Below are positions 50,301 to 64,000 of a stretch of DNA of 64,000 nt, in pieces (the stretch's first letter is position 1; each line of letters starts with the position of its first letter). The position numbers were made by a program, and so were the translations under genes. The notes under the pieces were generated by a model. It made no database searches, had not been told where the DNA came from, and saw only the letters and a program-made list of their open reading frames with translations. Source of the DNA: Haplodiscus bocki (Eukaryota); NCBI GenBank assembly GCA_965655095.1, contig OZ296659.1, forward strand, positions 75,392,001 to 75,456,000, written 5' to 3'.

Positions 50301-53300
50301 CTAAACTAAAAGAATGAAAACTTTTCCAGGGTTTATTCCGAGAAGATCGTACAAAAAGCGTTGTAAAGTGATTGCTGCGGGCACCATTGCCAAAACAAAA
50401 AGAACAGTTGTATACATAATTTTAACTCTTAAAACATCAAAAACACTTCTTTTGGCCACCCGGTATCACGCTGAAACGAAAGTTGTTCAAAAAACATAGA
50501 GATTGTCAAACAGAAAAAAACGATGACGGGAATTGCAACTGGACTAAAACGGTCATCAAGAATGGGAAAACGGTTTCCTTATCAGGGGTCGAATATACTG
50601 AAAGTTGTGTGTTTTTAGTACCGAAAATGTTGAACAATAAGAACTGAAACAAACTTGATGTTGTATGCATGTATAAACATACAAGCTGTCATTTCCAAGC
50701 GGACAGTTGTTTCCGTGAAAAGACCTAAAGGTTGGACCCCGAGGGTATCAATGTACAGTCATAGATAGCCAAGAAATGAAACTACCTTAGCTACAAAACT
50801 GACAATGTAAGCACAAGAATCTGAGATTGACTAGCCATGTGTGCTTTTTTTTGTCAAAATGCGCATTTGTGCAATTCAATCATTGGACAGGAGACATTTT
50901 CCTATAAAATTTGTTGTGCAGTTTTGTAGGATCTAACCACAGAACCAACCTGCATTTGGTGATGAAATTAAGAGCCATGAAACAAAAAGAGATGACTACC
51001 TGAAACGAATCGAGATCTTTACTTGGTTTTGTGCCAGAATTTAGGATGATTCACTAAAATCTCGGCTCTTTTGAATTTCTAACGAACCAGTAAGGTGAGC
51101 CAACGCAAGGATTCTATATGAAAACAAGTCCACTGAGAACAAAACAGACCTTTACAGGAAATGAGTCTCTAATTTTCAAGTAAGAACTTCGTAAGTTTTT
51201 CGGCTGTAGCCCAAATGCATAGATGTAGTACGGAGTGCAACACCCTACCATACCATTCAAAGATGGATCAGTTGCAGAAGCGAATGTCTCAATTTGCCAG
51301 TATAGCAATTTTGTTCAATTCAGTTACCGAGGTCAAGTACAAACTAAACAAAATCAATGAAGGAATCAATTCGGTTCGAAAGAGTGGAAGTCAAAAAGAA
51401 CAGTCACCAGCAACTGTCAGCCACTGGGAACCGACTTTCGGCCACACAAACGCAAACCCCAATTTCGGAGCCTTAACGAAATGTCTTGGAAGGGTTGCAA
51501 CCAGTCATCTTGTAGGCACGAGATCTCGGCGATGACTCAAACTTATGTCACGGCTGATGAGAATGGAACGCAAACAAAGACCCCCTCCTACTGCTGAAGG
51601 AACCCATTGACTACCTTCTACTGCATTGAGGCGACGATTTTCCGAGCACAAAAAACGATGCTCTTCAGAAATTCTCCCACAGTTGAGAAAGGAACCCAAC
51701 GTGAGAGTCGGGAATTAACGGGAGCTAAGAATACGCTCACGGAACTAGTCACTCTATCGGCGTAACAGGTACGCTTGCGTCAAAGCTGACGACTGATATG
51801 TTGTAGCAGACAGTCAGCAGAAAACCGCATCCATCCACCGCTCTCAATGGAACTCAAAACAAAAACGGCGATGGATGAATCACCTTGATGAACTTCAACT
51901 TCTAGTTTCTTCAAATCAAGCCAGAAGACGCAGAAGAGGCGTAGCTTGTGACTGATTACCTGAAAAGTGAAAAAAAAACTTCAAATAAAAAAATTTAAGA
52001 AGGCAAAATAGGGTTCCTGAACAACTTTACGAATTAATGGAGAAACTATTACAAGTACCAGTCTGCTGAGCAAGATTGAGAAAGTAGCTTAAAACCGGTT
52101 AACAAATGGCAAGAAACTCAATCAAGCAGTTCTTGGACGAACAGGAAATAAACTTTAACCTGGAGAGTTGCCGTGATTCGCTGCTATGATGCAATGAAGT
52201 TGTTCACAGTCGGAGGCAAGGACCAATACTTCAACCGGTCTGTAGTCGCCAAGTACGTTGTGGTGAAATGTTTGGAGAGGATGCAACAATTTGCGAAGGA
52301 ATTCGTCAGAGAGGGGAGCATCATGAATGCCGAGGTTCACCCTTTCGTGTCCCTGTCTTCTGACTCGGAACACCCACAATCGCAGAATCCTCAGCTGCAG
52401 CTGCAGCAACTGGTAGCCAATACTTGAACCATCAAACCACTGGAGAACTTTGATCAGGAACAATCCCGAGCAATGCTTCTTCAGAAATGCTGAACTGTTT
52501 ACAGTTTGCAAGTTCTCAACGGATATGGGATTTAGCTACAACTGGAGAACGCTGTCGATTAACTTTCCAGAGAAGCATATTGAAATAAATTCTGAAATGC
52601 TTTCAAGTGCACGTCTCGATTCCTTTTGTAGGAAACACCGCGAAACTTGGATTCAACTTCAATCGAGAATCCAAGGATCATGCTGACGTCGCCCGAGCCT
52701 GTTATAAACAATACCCGGTGTAAGTCAATCAAGCAGGGCTGACTTACAACAACTTGGTAAAACTTTGTTTGTGATTGACTACAAGATGCCAGTACAAAGT
52801 TCTTCTGTTAACAGTAACTCCTAACTTTTCACTTCATGATTTCAATGGAAGTGTACCTGTTGCATGAATGTCAACTAAAATCTCATGTGGCACGACAAAA
52901 GCAGAAAAAAAAGAGAATTGGCACCCACAGCAACAAAGTGGTTGTGGGGGTCACTATCAAAGAATGATGAAATTCGCAGGAACCGTGATCTGTTCTTCCG
53001 CAGAAAGCATGTAGCAAAATACACTAGCCATTTTGATCACTCATGGATATTGCTTTGACGGAGGTTGTTTCCTCACGAAAAAACAATTTTACTGTTGGAA
53101 TTTCAGTAACACGAACGGGGATGAACACGTTGATCAATATGCAACATTTATTTCTTCGTTTTCTACCACTCAAGAAATTATCACTCTCAGAGAGTTAATC
53201 AGTACTAGTCTACATGACAAAACATACATCAGATCATGTTGCGCAAATGAGTTAGTATGGTCGCAGCCAATCGTTTAGACAGTTTTTTGAACACGGTATC

Positions 53301-54949
53301 AGAGGCTACTAGGAAAAACACTTAGAAGGTGGGAATGAGATCTCTTTCCAAAATTGATTACATTTGTTCTCGGTGTGGGAAATTGGATAAGATCAAATCA
53401 TCTTGCAAAGAGATCCCTGAGCCAAATGCAAAGGCTAGACGAGCCATGCAACAGTACCAACAGTAGCAAGCAAATTTAACAGCTCGGTATCCCAAAAAAC
53501 TTCTTCAGACCATATTCGTGACAGAACGCAAAATACCAGAGGGAATTGCCCTGGCTTGTGGTAGCATGCTACACCCCTTGTACCAGTGACCCATCAATTT
53601 TTCGAACGTAAGTCATGGAGTATTTCGGAAGTTACAACAACGAAACTGTTCCTTCTGGAAACAGCAATTTTTCTCACAAAAGTCTCTTTGTATGAACACT
53701 ACTCTTCCGTGTTGACTACTATGGCTTCCACAAACACCAATACGCGCACTGTCCTGCTATTTTGAACTGATTTCTTTCTTATTCTCAACTCATCAATTTT
53801 ACACACCAACAACTAGCCAACCTCCGTCGGCTGTTGACACTGGTGTTGGACCATCTTCGGTGACGATCTTTTCAGAGCAGAAGTTACCTTCGAACGACCC
53901 ATGCAGCATGCATGTTGGCCAAAAACAACAGCTTTGGGGTAGCCATGTAACGGGACATCCGCGCGTACTGAGTGACACAGCGAGTAGTTTTATATTTTCA
54001 GTATAATTTTTTCACTCTGGTTTTGTTGTGCTGGATGATTGTTTTTCGAGAAAATCATTTCCTCTGCCAATTTGCTGACATGATAGACTCGGTTTCAAAA
54101 ATGTCGGTAACCAGAGTACCATAAGATGACAACTTAACAGTGGTTTTTTGCAATATTTCTACAAGAGTAGCACCTTTTCTTGTCAATGCTGTCGGAGAAG
54201 TTTGTTTTGGACAAAACAATGAGTGAGATTTAAGCCTGAACAAAGTTCAACTAGGCGTGATTTGTTGCATGTAGGCGAAACAGTATCAGTAACCAATTTG
54301 AGCATTTAGCTCCAAGCTCATTTTTTTCTTGTTGTTATCAACACTGTGAGCATCATTCAGTAAAATGGATCCCTATTGTGTTTGATGAACAATTATGCCA
54401 ACATGCCTGAAGTAATGGACACATATGTTGTCATGCGGAGGTTAAATTTTCAGAACCTCTGAAAATGATTTAAAATAAGAAAACAATTGATATTGATGTT
54501 ATTGTCCTACTATGTGATGTGAGCGTTGTTGTTGAAGCTTCAAAGTTTTCATTACAAAAATACAAATTTTGTAACGATCTGACTGTCAACTTGACGTTTA
54601 CGCTGAACTTGAGTGAGAAAAGTATCTGGCACAGGCAATAAAAACGAATTTCAAGAGCAGATGTAACGCGTTCGACTACTGCATGGCGAATGCAAACAAA
54701 GGAAAAATTTACTGAATCGGTGAAAGGACATTCTGAATTCTTAATGACAGAAAATGCAGACTTAAGCAGATGCATTTTCTTGGAACTTAGCATAAACTTA
54801 GTCCCAGATTCTGATATACATTGCTGGGGAAGAAAAAGGTCGACATAAGACAGCGCTGAAGAAGACTCATAAGAAGACAACGCTAACTGTGCTCAAAAAT
54901 TCTTCAACGTGTTCGCATCGTGCAAGCGGTGTGATGGATAGAGAGGCAG

Positions 54950-56000
54950 AGGAAGAAAAAACGTGTTCTAATGCAATTACCTGCGAAGGAATGACGCACT
55001 GGTCAAAACTGCATAGCGTCCACTAAAAAGGCGTCTCCCAGCAATGCAACACAAATAAAACCGAGGTTTTCACCGACCTAGTTCTAGTTCTGGCATTGTG
55101 GCAAACACGTTTCAAACCCCCAACTAGACCGAAAACTTCTCCACCATGTAACTTCGGACCGTTCGAAAAGAGGCGTTTCCAGTTTGTGTAACTCTTTGGC
55201 CACGCTCCAAAGAATGATGAACAAAATACTGGTAGCCATCGAAAAAAAATCGGCATGGTCATTTGTTGCATAGGTGAGTCACCAACAACACCGAATACCA
55301 TGCTCATCAACTAATGAGATTGAGTGATGGTTTCGACTGCGTCCATGCTGCCCGGTTCGAGTGCAATCCAGCTAAATGTGATTTTTTTTATGAAACCACA
55401 AGCCATGTACCACGGACAAAACTTCATTGCAGACGGCATGATGCTTCACAAATAATCAATCAAGAAGCTGCAACAATGGTTACCACCCAACAACAAAGAA
55501 AAACTAGCGAATTCTTTGGGAATCGAGAGTTAAATCAGGGGTTCCACTACAGTTATTTCCGTCAAGTTTTATCGCTTGATCATAATGCTGAGAAAACATG
55601 TAAATTTCCAGTGGACCACTGTAGATTAACTAGCCCTCTTTGAGGCTGAAGGACTTTTTGTTTAGGACACTGACGCCAGCAAAATTAGATTGTCCGTATA
55701 TCTACACCAAGTACGGAAATGAGAGAAAGAACAATATTTCGTCCCCTATTTTGAAAGTCGATGAAGATACCTCAGAAGAACTATGTGTCTCCACAAAAGG
55801 AAGTTTTTATTATTGTCAAATTCACCAAAAAGTGCTCTTTGTACTTGGCACTGCAATGATTCACACTAGGGATTGACCGACGAGCCACGTTTTGACTGAA
55901 AACTTAGTCACATGATACGGAAGTGATCGGGAGATTAATTAGACTCCTAGGAGATGAGATGGAGAAATAGGATAAAAGTCCAACATCGCACGTAACCAGA
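54950..56000 (+). pseudogene. Highly decayed Bel/Pao-like integrase
   Basis: Fragments CGKHVSNP, PPCNFGPFEKRRFQFV (DYFGPF..KR..F-like), CNPAK, LTP and GRLIRLLGD(E/D)G appear in the expected order. Confidence 0.45.
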
Positions 56001-58559
56001 ATATGGCAAAGCTGACGGTTACAGCAAAAGTACGGAACACTAATTGCTACGAAGCACAGAAGTCGCGTCTTCAACTGGTTAAAAGTTTAGGTGCACAAGC
56101 CTCGCACCAGGATTTTTCGCCGTTTTTCATAAGCATTCTTTCTTATAACCAGAAAAAAAAACACGCGAGGCAGTCAGAAGGCCAAACGGAAGCCCCCAAC
56201 GGAAAAGATGATGCATACATGCGAAACCACACGAGCTGTAGAACAAGTTGTGGGAGTTGAATCGGAGGCAGCAACACTGTAACTGAAGGACTGGTCCAAT
56301 AAGCATTTTTATGAAGTCTTTGCTAAATGCTCGAACAAACATACACGGGGAAAGATGAAATCAATGACTTTCTTTGACTTTGCCACAAGGCAATTAAATT
56401 TCTACAACTAGTACAGATTGGTACATCTGACCAAGTTTTAAAGCCCCGTTGGCATCTCTATCCACGGAGCCTTGGAGTGTCGGGTCTGAATGAATTACAT
56501 TCTGTACCTTATAACAGCAACAAAATTTTTAGATTTTCCAGCAATGCTATGGGAATCAAGTATCAAGAGGCGCAGCAGCGCTGCGTTGTTTCCTGTAGAC
56601 CGCGGAGCAGAAATGGCTAAAAACAGCTCAAATTTTCAACAAAAACATGGGTATCTTCAGGTCCTAGGAGGATCGATTTAAAATCAGAAAGTACACTTTT
56701 AGAAAAAAAAATTTTTCTCCAAACGAAGTTGGATAGTAACGTTTTGGGCATTTTTTTGAAAAATTTGAAAAGTTCGAATTTTATTCGGACTTCCTCTGGT
56801 GTTCCCAAAAATGATTTTTTCCTGTCCTGGCTTACATTTTCCACTAGAAAATGTTTTCCCAAGAATTTCAAAAAAAAATCGATTTTTTTCGGAATTCAAA
56901 CGGAAAAACCTTCAGCTTGTATTATCAGATTTGTTTTTTAAGTATCCAGAGTACTATTTGGGAAGCAAACTTCGAACAAAATCAGTTTTAGAGGTTTTTC
57001 AGACCTTTAACAAAAAATTATCGGCAGGCTTGATGAAAGTGAATTCTACGAGTCAGTAGAAGCAAAGCGACAAAAAATCCTAACTTTTTCAGACTTTCAA
57101 CAAAAAATTGATTGTGAGCGACATTTTTCGGCGACGTTGTCAAAACTGCTTTCCACTTGTGCGGAGGACTATTTCGGTGTTACAAACTTCTTTTCGGATT
57201 TTGATCATGTTCACGCGGAGACGTCAAATCACTGAAAAACACTCAACATACATAGAGATTGATTCTCTTTTCCTAGTAATTTGAAAAGGAAATTAATCAT
57301 GCTCTGTGAATAGATAAAATGAAAACGACCAGACCAAGACGAAATTTATCGGTACGAAGCCACTGATATCTTAAAAGTGAGAGGGAATTACACACTAGTT
57401 GCATCTACAATTACACTATCGACTTCAAACATGAGGAGAGAATTATTTGGAAAGTTTGGAGAATACATCTTCCTCAGAAAACAACCCAAAATTAGGATAG
57501 TCATGAAACTTGAACCTGAAGGGACTGAACTACTGTAAATACACGTCTTTTTGCTGATGAATATAGCCATGTCTATTGTCGATCTTTTCCTAAAAATATG
57601 CGAGTGACTGATGTGCTAAAAAAATGACTGAAGACCAGGTTGGTGAAATTCTGCTTTCCATCCTAAATTTTGAAAGAACATTGAACAATTAGCATCATTA
57701 GTATCAATACGAGGCCGACTGCTGTGAAAACGCCAGATTGTGCGTTGTGTTGTTTGACAGAGTTTACCTAAGTGCAGCATCTGTTGAAGGGGGCAGAAGC
57801 CATGAAGATGGCGAACAAAGAAAAAAAGATCATATAAACGAGAAAAAAAGATCTCCTCGCGATTATTAAAAAACTGAAAAACCAAAATCTTCCGGAACAG
57901 TCTTCCAAAACTTCCTCCGCAGAACAACCCAAGACGTCTCGTTTGCCTTTTGACATTTTTTGAGAACCTGTAGCCTAGTTTTACTTTTTCAAACCTTCGT
58001 ACAATCGCCTTGCTTGAAAATCATTGTCTATCATTCGATATCACGGTTGTCTTGTCATAATTCCGGAATCACGACTCGCAGAAATTTTAGTACTTGAAAA
58101 AGATTAGTCTTTTTTATGGAACGTTCACAGCAGGGTTGGATTCACTAGCAAAAGTAATTCTGATTAACTAAGGGAAAAGCAACATCAGGTCAATGAGTTC
58201 AAACACCCGCCAGCAGAACTTCGTGAGAAAAATGGAGAAGGTCACAAGAAAAAAGTCCCTTTGGGAGGTACACTCAAAAAGGAGAGAGGAATTTGTCGTA
58301 ATCTTCGATTGCATGAAATACGTGCCTTAGTTGAGAACGATTGGTTCACGAAGCAGAATTGATCGTCTCAAGACACGCAAGAGACATTGAATCAATTGAA
58401 TTAGATTTACCAGTTGAGCCACTTGCGAAATACAAACCTACTGACTTCAAACATGACCCATAGACACATTGCCAATGACAACCCCGTCATCTCTTCGTAG
58501 CAGCAGCAAGACGCAAGAGCGGAAACTTAGAATCCAGTATTGGATTTGTAAGCAGTGGT

Positions 58560-59060
58560 GAAACCGGTATTGCGTTTACACAATGATTGACCCAACAAAA
58601 CATTCGACGGAAATCCTACACATGCCCCGCTTCTAACGTAGCATTTATGTGTGACTGATTGTACAAGAAAAACAGACATTACCTCGTCATACTTGACGCT
58701 TTTGATTTTTTGTGGAGATCACCGCGTGAATTCATGGTCATCAACCAGTTATATGGAGAAACGACAAATATTCGACAAAAGAATGGAACGTTCCTGAGGA
58801 GACGCAGAAGCGAAGCTGAAGGCTATCCTCAAGGATGGACATACCTCTGCCTATAACCAGCTGAATTTATAGCCAAAACACCGGTGACTTCTGAAAAACA
58901 CTGAGAACGTTACAAAACCGACCTTGCAGCAACTGACACTTTTTTGACTTCAAAAATGCTCGTCAAAAACACTTTAGTCATGTTGCAATGGTGTTTGAAC
59001 ATGGAGATGAATTTATGGAAAGTGAAACATGTTCACCTGGATCCGTCTAAGACCGACCGT
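58560..59060 (+). pseudogene. Possible decayed Ty3/Gypsy integrase
   Basis: HYLVILDAFDFLW resembles YLVxVDAxSKW, and WKVKHVHLD resembles the C-terminal WKRHxDQL motif. The match is weak. Confidence 0.3.
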
Positions 59061-60047
59061 ACAGATCAGTGTCCTCCATGTATGAGCGCAATATGACAAA
59101 ACAGCTTCATCGGCCTCCGAAAACTGAACATTGATTCAGTGAAGAGATGCCTGTAACCCATGCTCACAGACACATGATGCTTCCACCAGGTATGGAGCAC
59201 CCAGCTTCAAAAAGTGCACTTTTAATGTTTTTCGCCATTATTGATAATACACATATGGTAGACATCCTGCACAAAGTTTTTGTATAAAGTCACTGTAAAG
59301 TCTCATCATCATAATTTGCAATCTTTGAAACCTTTCGGTAACGAAGGCAGCATGAAAAATTTAGCCAATGTTTGCAGTCCCAGGGAAGTAGAAACAGCAG
59401 AAATAGGTAATAGAACATAATCGGAATAGTGTACAGGGGTACGCGCAGTAAACAAATCAAGGAATTCATAGTTTCGCAACCTTTATTTACACAATGGCCT
59501 CCTGTTTTCAGAAAGTCACCCATGCGACTCAAAAATTACATTAGTGACTGCCTGCTTTTCTAGTATCAAGTTTTGTTAAACACAATCCATACATGACCCC
59601 TATGAACTCTTCCTCCACGTGAGGTCGATTCTCCTGCTTTCTCTGCGTAGTATATTGTTGTTGATGTTAAAAAGTCCATAGTTTTCTTACCAATTGAAGA
59701 CTTGACCTAACATTGACTGGAGTACAACGCTGCAACGAACGAAAGGCTCTTATTCGCACCACCGATGAGAAAACGTTGCGTTGCAAGAAAATTGAACTGC
59801 TGTGAGAACGCTTATTCCTCCGGTACCGAAAAAGCAATGCAAAAAAAATACTTCTAATTAAAATCTGGTTCTTAGTTAATCCTGGAAAAAGTGCAATGTG
59901 GATACATCCCAGATCACAAACAACCCCTGAGCAAAACTAATCAAACTGAAATAACCACGAAAAGATTCTTGATTTTCATTCAAGAGGCCAAGACTTTGCC
60001 AAATGAGCTGAATGGGATGATTGCTTAATTAAAATGGCATCAACTTA

Positions 60048-62530
60048 TGTCGCGTTAGACCTAACGCTAAACAGCCATAATAATAAACGTTAAACTGAAG
60101 CTATAACGCTAACCAGTGGCCATAGTATTAAAGAGTGCTAGTCTTAAATTTACGTTAGCAATAACGCTAAACAGTCCATAACGCTAACTAGTACAAGTTC
60201 TAAATTTAGCAATGACGTAAAAGAAGTAATAATAGTAACTTACCGTTTGCTATTATTACTTCTTTTACGCAGCAAAGTTGACACGCAGCTATCTAGCCGA
60301 CGTACCAGAGCTCATCATTTTGCTGGGTTGAATATGGAAATAAACTTTTTTGAAAAAAATTTACGACTTGGCAGCACAAGAAGCGGACGTCCACCCAGAA
60401 TGACCGATGAAATGCAGTCTAGTTGAACTCTTGGCCATGTATTGCAGCCTGCTTTAAACATGCCACGATTCAAAGTGTTGCACGTATCGTCAATATTTGC
60501 AAAATAAAGATTGAGCAGAGCCACGTCCCCTCTCTTTTTTGGTTTACGGAAGACATTGAATACTTGACTCGAAATATTCGACAGGGAAGAGCAACGAATC
60601 GCTGGGGAGACAATCTTCCTGGAAAAGACTGAACGAAAGAAATGCTTTATCAAGGGATTCGGTCATCTGTGCTTCACGTTGCAGGAATCTTGGAGGAAAC
60701 GAGAAACAATCAATTTGATGAAAATTATGTCAAATTTCTGCTACCAACGCAATTTGCCAAAATAGTAAATGCTGATGTAGAGGATCTAATGCTTCAATCG
60801 TTCCACTGACGATCAGTATCTTTGGCTCAGCTGCTACTCTGAGGCAACCAACCCGAGCAACGAAACTAGCCAAACACAAACCAAGGGGCCGTTTAATCTA
60901 CCTCATATTAGATCTGTGAGCATTGACACTCCAAGGGCGTTGGACGACTAGGAAAGTTCCGGCAGGTTTCAAAATGGTAGTCAGTGAGTATACTGTGGTC
61001 CGAAGCTAAGTATTTATCGACCACTATGAACATTCGTACTCGTACTGCCGATCCCTTACCCAATAATATGACTGTCGATTGGGTTCATGGGTTGATAGAA
61101 AACGAAAATACCATGTCCTGTGCTAAGTGTTGGATCATTAAGGTGATTAAAAACATCAAGAGAACTTATCATAAGGAATATGGTGAATTTGCTGGAGGAT
61201 ACTACCACAATCTCCGTTTATCCTGTAACTTATATAGGCAGACTCTGCTTTTGACGAAAACGTGACCAAAATATCAAAACACTACTCAGTCATAAAAACT
61301 TAGTCGATTCAAGGAAAATCCTGCCAAGCCTCAGGAGAAGCTCACACAGACAGTTCTCTGAAAAGAAACACAAAAAACCTGAATAAAGGAAACCCTCTGA
61401 AAAGTCCATTGAGGATTGAGCATGAGAAGAGGACGCACATTGTTGCCCAACACTGTTAAGGATCGATAGCTGAAGCCAACAACCTTACAGGTGCTTCGAA
61501 ACCTGATTCAAGATCCACTGAAGGCAGATACCTTGCCATGACAATAAACGCTGTGGGGCTCCAGATGACACCAAATGTTTCGTCGCACTCTCCGGAGAAA
61601 AGAATAGGAAGGGCCCGGGACTCTTTAGGCAGAGATAATTGTTCATGTAAACAGTATCAATCCTAAATCTTATGAACAACGAAATACTTTTTTGGCACTA
61701 ATCTCACTTCCATAATTGTCAATCAAATGTACTCCAATTGATTTTTTTTGAGATAACGATGTTTTCGGTTGATGATAATACAACTGAATCCCATCAAAAA
61801 CCATCCACTATTGTCAAAGCTCAGCGCATTTGGCCTTCTAAATGTTCAGAGATTTCAAACAGTGTGAAGAGTTTTGAATTTTTTTTTCATCTGGTTTCGT
61901 CTTGATATAGTTTTTTGACTCATCATTCCTCCTCAGCACTCCATCAAACAAGTACCAAGCTTGAGTGTTACAACAGGAAAACATATTCACTAAAGGCTTA
62001 GAGCTAAGCCCAGAGCATGAACTTTTCGAACTAGCACAGAAAACGTGCATTCACTATTTAACTGAAACTTCGGTGCCAAGAAGATTTGACAAAACTCTAA
62101 GATTTAGGAAAGTATTCAAAATATCACGAATTTCGTTTTTATTCGCAAAGAACTATATCAAAAAAATTTCTGACCGGAATTAAAAATTAATTTGTAAAAA
62201 ACTGGAGTCTCATTGTTATGACAACGCTAAATCCTGGCAATTCTCAGTCTTTGCTTCCAGGAGATATGTTTAAAATTCCTCAAACAGTTCAAAGAAGCTA
62301 GAAATTCCCCATCTTGAGCTTTTTTAGGTTGAAAAAACATTGAAACTTTTTCTGATGACAACTAGAAATTAAAAAGTCAACCACCAGATCATATATGTCA
62401 TTCAAATTTATTCTGAGTCACTTTAGACATATTTTTTCAACCAGTGTAATGCAAAAAAAATCAAAATAGCCAAAAATAGCTTGATTTCATAGTTTTTCCG
62501 CTAATCAAATTATCCGAAAGATCTGCGACA
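60048..62530. mobile_element. Family 4 LTR-like element, copy 2 (2483 bp)
   Basis: Termini TGTCGCG...TGCGACA with 4-bp TSD CTTA at 60044-60047 and 62531-62534. The first ~200 bp are homologous to 42546-42670 (the first 27 nt are identical). Confidence 0.7.
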
Positions 62531-64000
62531 CTTAATCAAACCTAAAGGAACCAGTTAAGGGATTAGACGCTGTCGTTTTGTTGATGCAAGATTAGGGTCG
62601 TTCTGGGACTAATCTTCTAATATGTTGGACTTGAAGTGTACAACAAATTTGAAGAAGCTACACTTTCAGGAATCTTTCTCGGAAAAAAACGTTGGAAAAA
62701 ACGAAGACGACAAAACGGAAATCAAACATCGAATAATTAGGAGTCTCTTCGCTTAGGCCAAACAAATTGAAGGTAGCCTAAAGACCTAAGTGGGAAAATA
62801 GAAAACTTGAAAATCACATAAATTTCCCAAAAACCTAAAAGTAAAAACATTTTAAATACACTTTAGCAAAAAAGACAGAACAATTTTGGTACCACAGCCA
62901 AATTTTAGCTTCTGATAACACAAAATCTCCTGGCTAACCTTGGACAAAAGTCAAAGGATTGAGAATCTCATATGCTGAAATGAACTATTTGTTTCGGATT
63001 TGGAAAGTAGATGGAGTTTCGAGAATTTGGTGAGAAAATCCATCAAACGTTGTCAGACTGCAAACAGAATTCAGTATGTTTAAACATGGATTTACTAGGT
63101 GAAGCATGGGCAAAGTGTGGGCAAATGGCAACGCTATTCTGTGACGAAAGCCGTCAAAGAATCGAAAATTTACTCAATTTTCAGGCATTTTTCGTAAATA
63201 AATAAATGGAAAATCAACAGGACCAAAACCAAAAATTAGAATTCAACAGAGCATAGTCTGAGTGGTAAACGTTTGTAGAATTCAGGCACCTTGGAACCTA
63301 ACGTGAGGCAGTACAAAACGTTTCGTATGATGAAAATCGCCATTGTAACCACAACTACTCTAATTTTCATCTTCTTTTCAAAGAAATTTACCAAAAAATA
63401 ATCAAGCCGCTTGGAGAAATCAGTTCGTAAGAAAACAGAAACTTTTTGTTACACTTGTACAAATTTCAGGGGTTTTCGAGCTTTATAGCCCAATATAAAC
63501 GATTTCTTACTTGACAAACATTGGCAAAGTTGCCAAGATTAGCTCGATTCTCGAATGTTTTTTGCAAAAAAACCATCGAAAAATTGTTGGATCGAAATCA
63601 AAACCTATTATGTGATCGACTAGATTCTTGTCGTAACGTTTCTCGAAAGATGAAAAATCCGTCGTTTCTGTGACGAAATATCGAGCGTTGAACAAAAGGT
63701 CTTGGGTTGAAAGTGGAATGGGTAAAATTTTCTGCTGAATTTTTTGGTGTGGGAGTCTATAGAAGCCTCGCTTGACTTCTGCTACTCTTTCGTTACGCTC
63801 ACCTATAAAAATTTTGATAACACCTAATCTTGAAAAAGAATTAGGTGACGAGTGTACAAAAGCAGTTTCAACCAATCTTGCATTACACTGTAAAAACGGA
63901 GTCGGTGAAATAACCTGTAGAGTCTGCAGATGAGTTGCTCCGCAGGTAAATTTCAATGACTACTGTTTACCATGGGTATTCTGTGGACTTTCACCTGCTG

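Noticed and set aside
50600-53400. Possible Gypsy protease/RT debris (LVTDY, GNYYKY)
   Set aside because: Motifs are too short and degenerate to call without a profile search.

Overview
AT-rich eukaryotic (animal-like) intergenic DNA made mostly of decayed transposable elements, with a 200-N assembly gap at 15446-15645. No host protein-coding gene can be supported, and most ORFs in the track are noise. Supported content: (1) long solo LTRs with TG...CA ends and target-site duplications (TSDs). Family 1 has copies at 1995-3599, 7897-9660 and 24926-26561, plus a truncated copy at ~4715-5289. Family 4 has copies at 42546-44398 and 60048-62530. Two further probable LTRs lie at ~580-1268 and ending at 23315. 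(2) A frameshifted Polinton/Maverick fragment: protein-primed PolB with N-terminal zinc fingers and an endonuclease VII-like domain, an abutting integrase N-terminus, and a flanking tandem-repeat block. (3) Bel/Pao pol remnants, one of them split by insertions. (4) A ~175-bp diverged satellite in three arrays, MITE-like repeats, and a tRNA-headed repeat. The main observation: three sequence-unrelated LTR families each carry a ~110-190-codon gag-like ORF inside the LTR. The ORF runs to the terminal CA in the same phase every time, so the last LTR A plus the TG of a primer-binding site (PBS) would form an in-frame ATG. One copy keeps a 24-nt tRNA-Trp-PBS-like extension, suggesting the LTR grew stepwise into gag.
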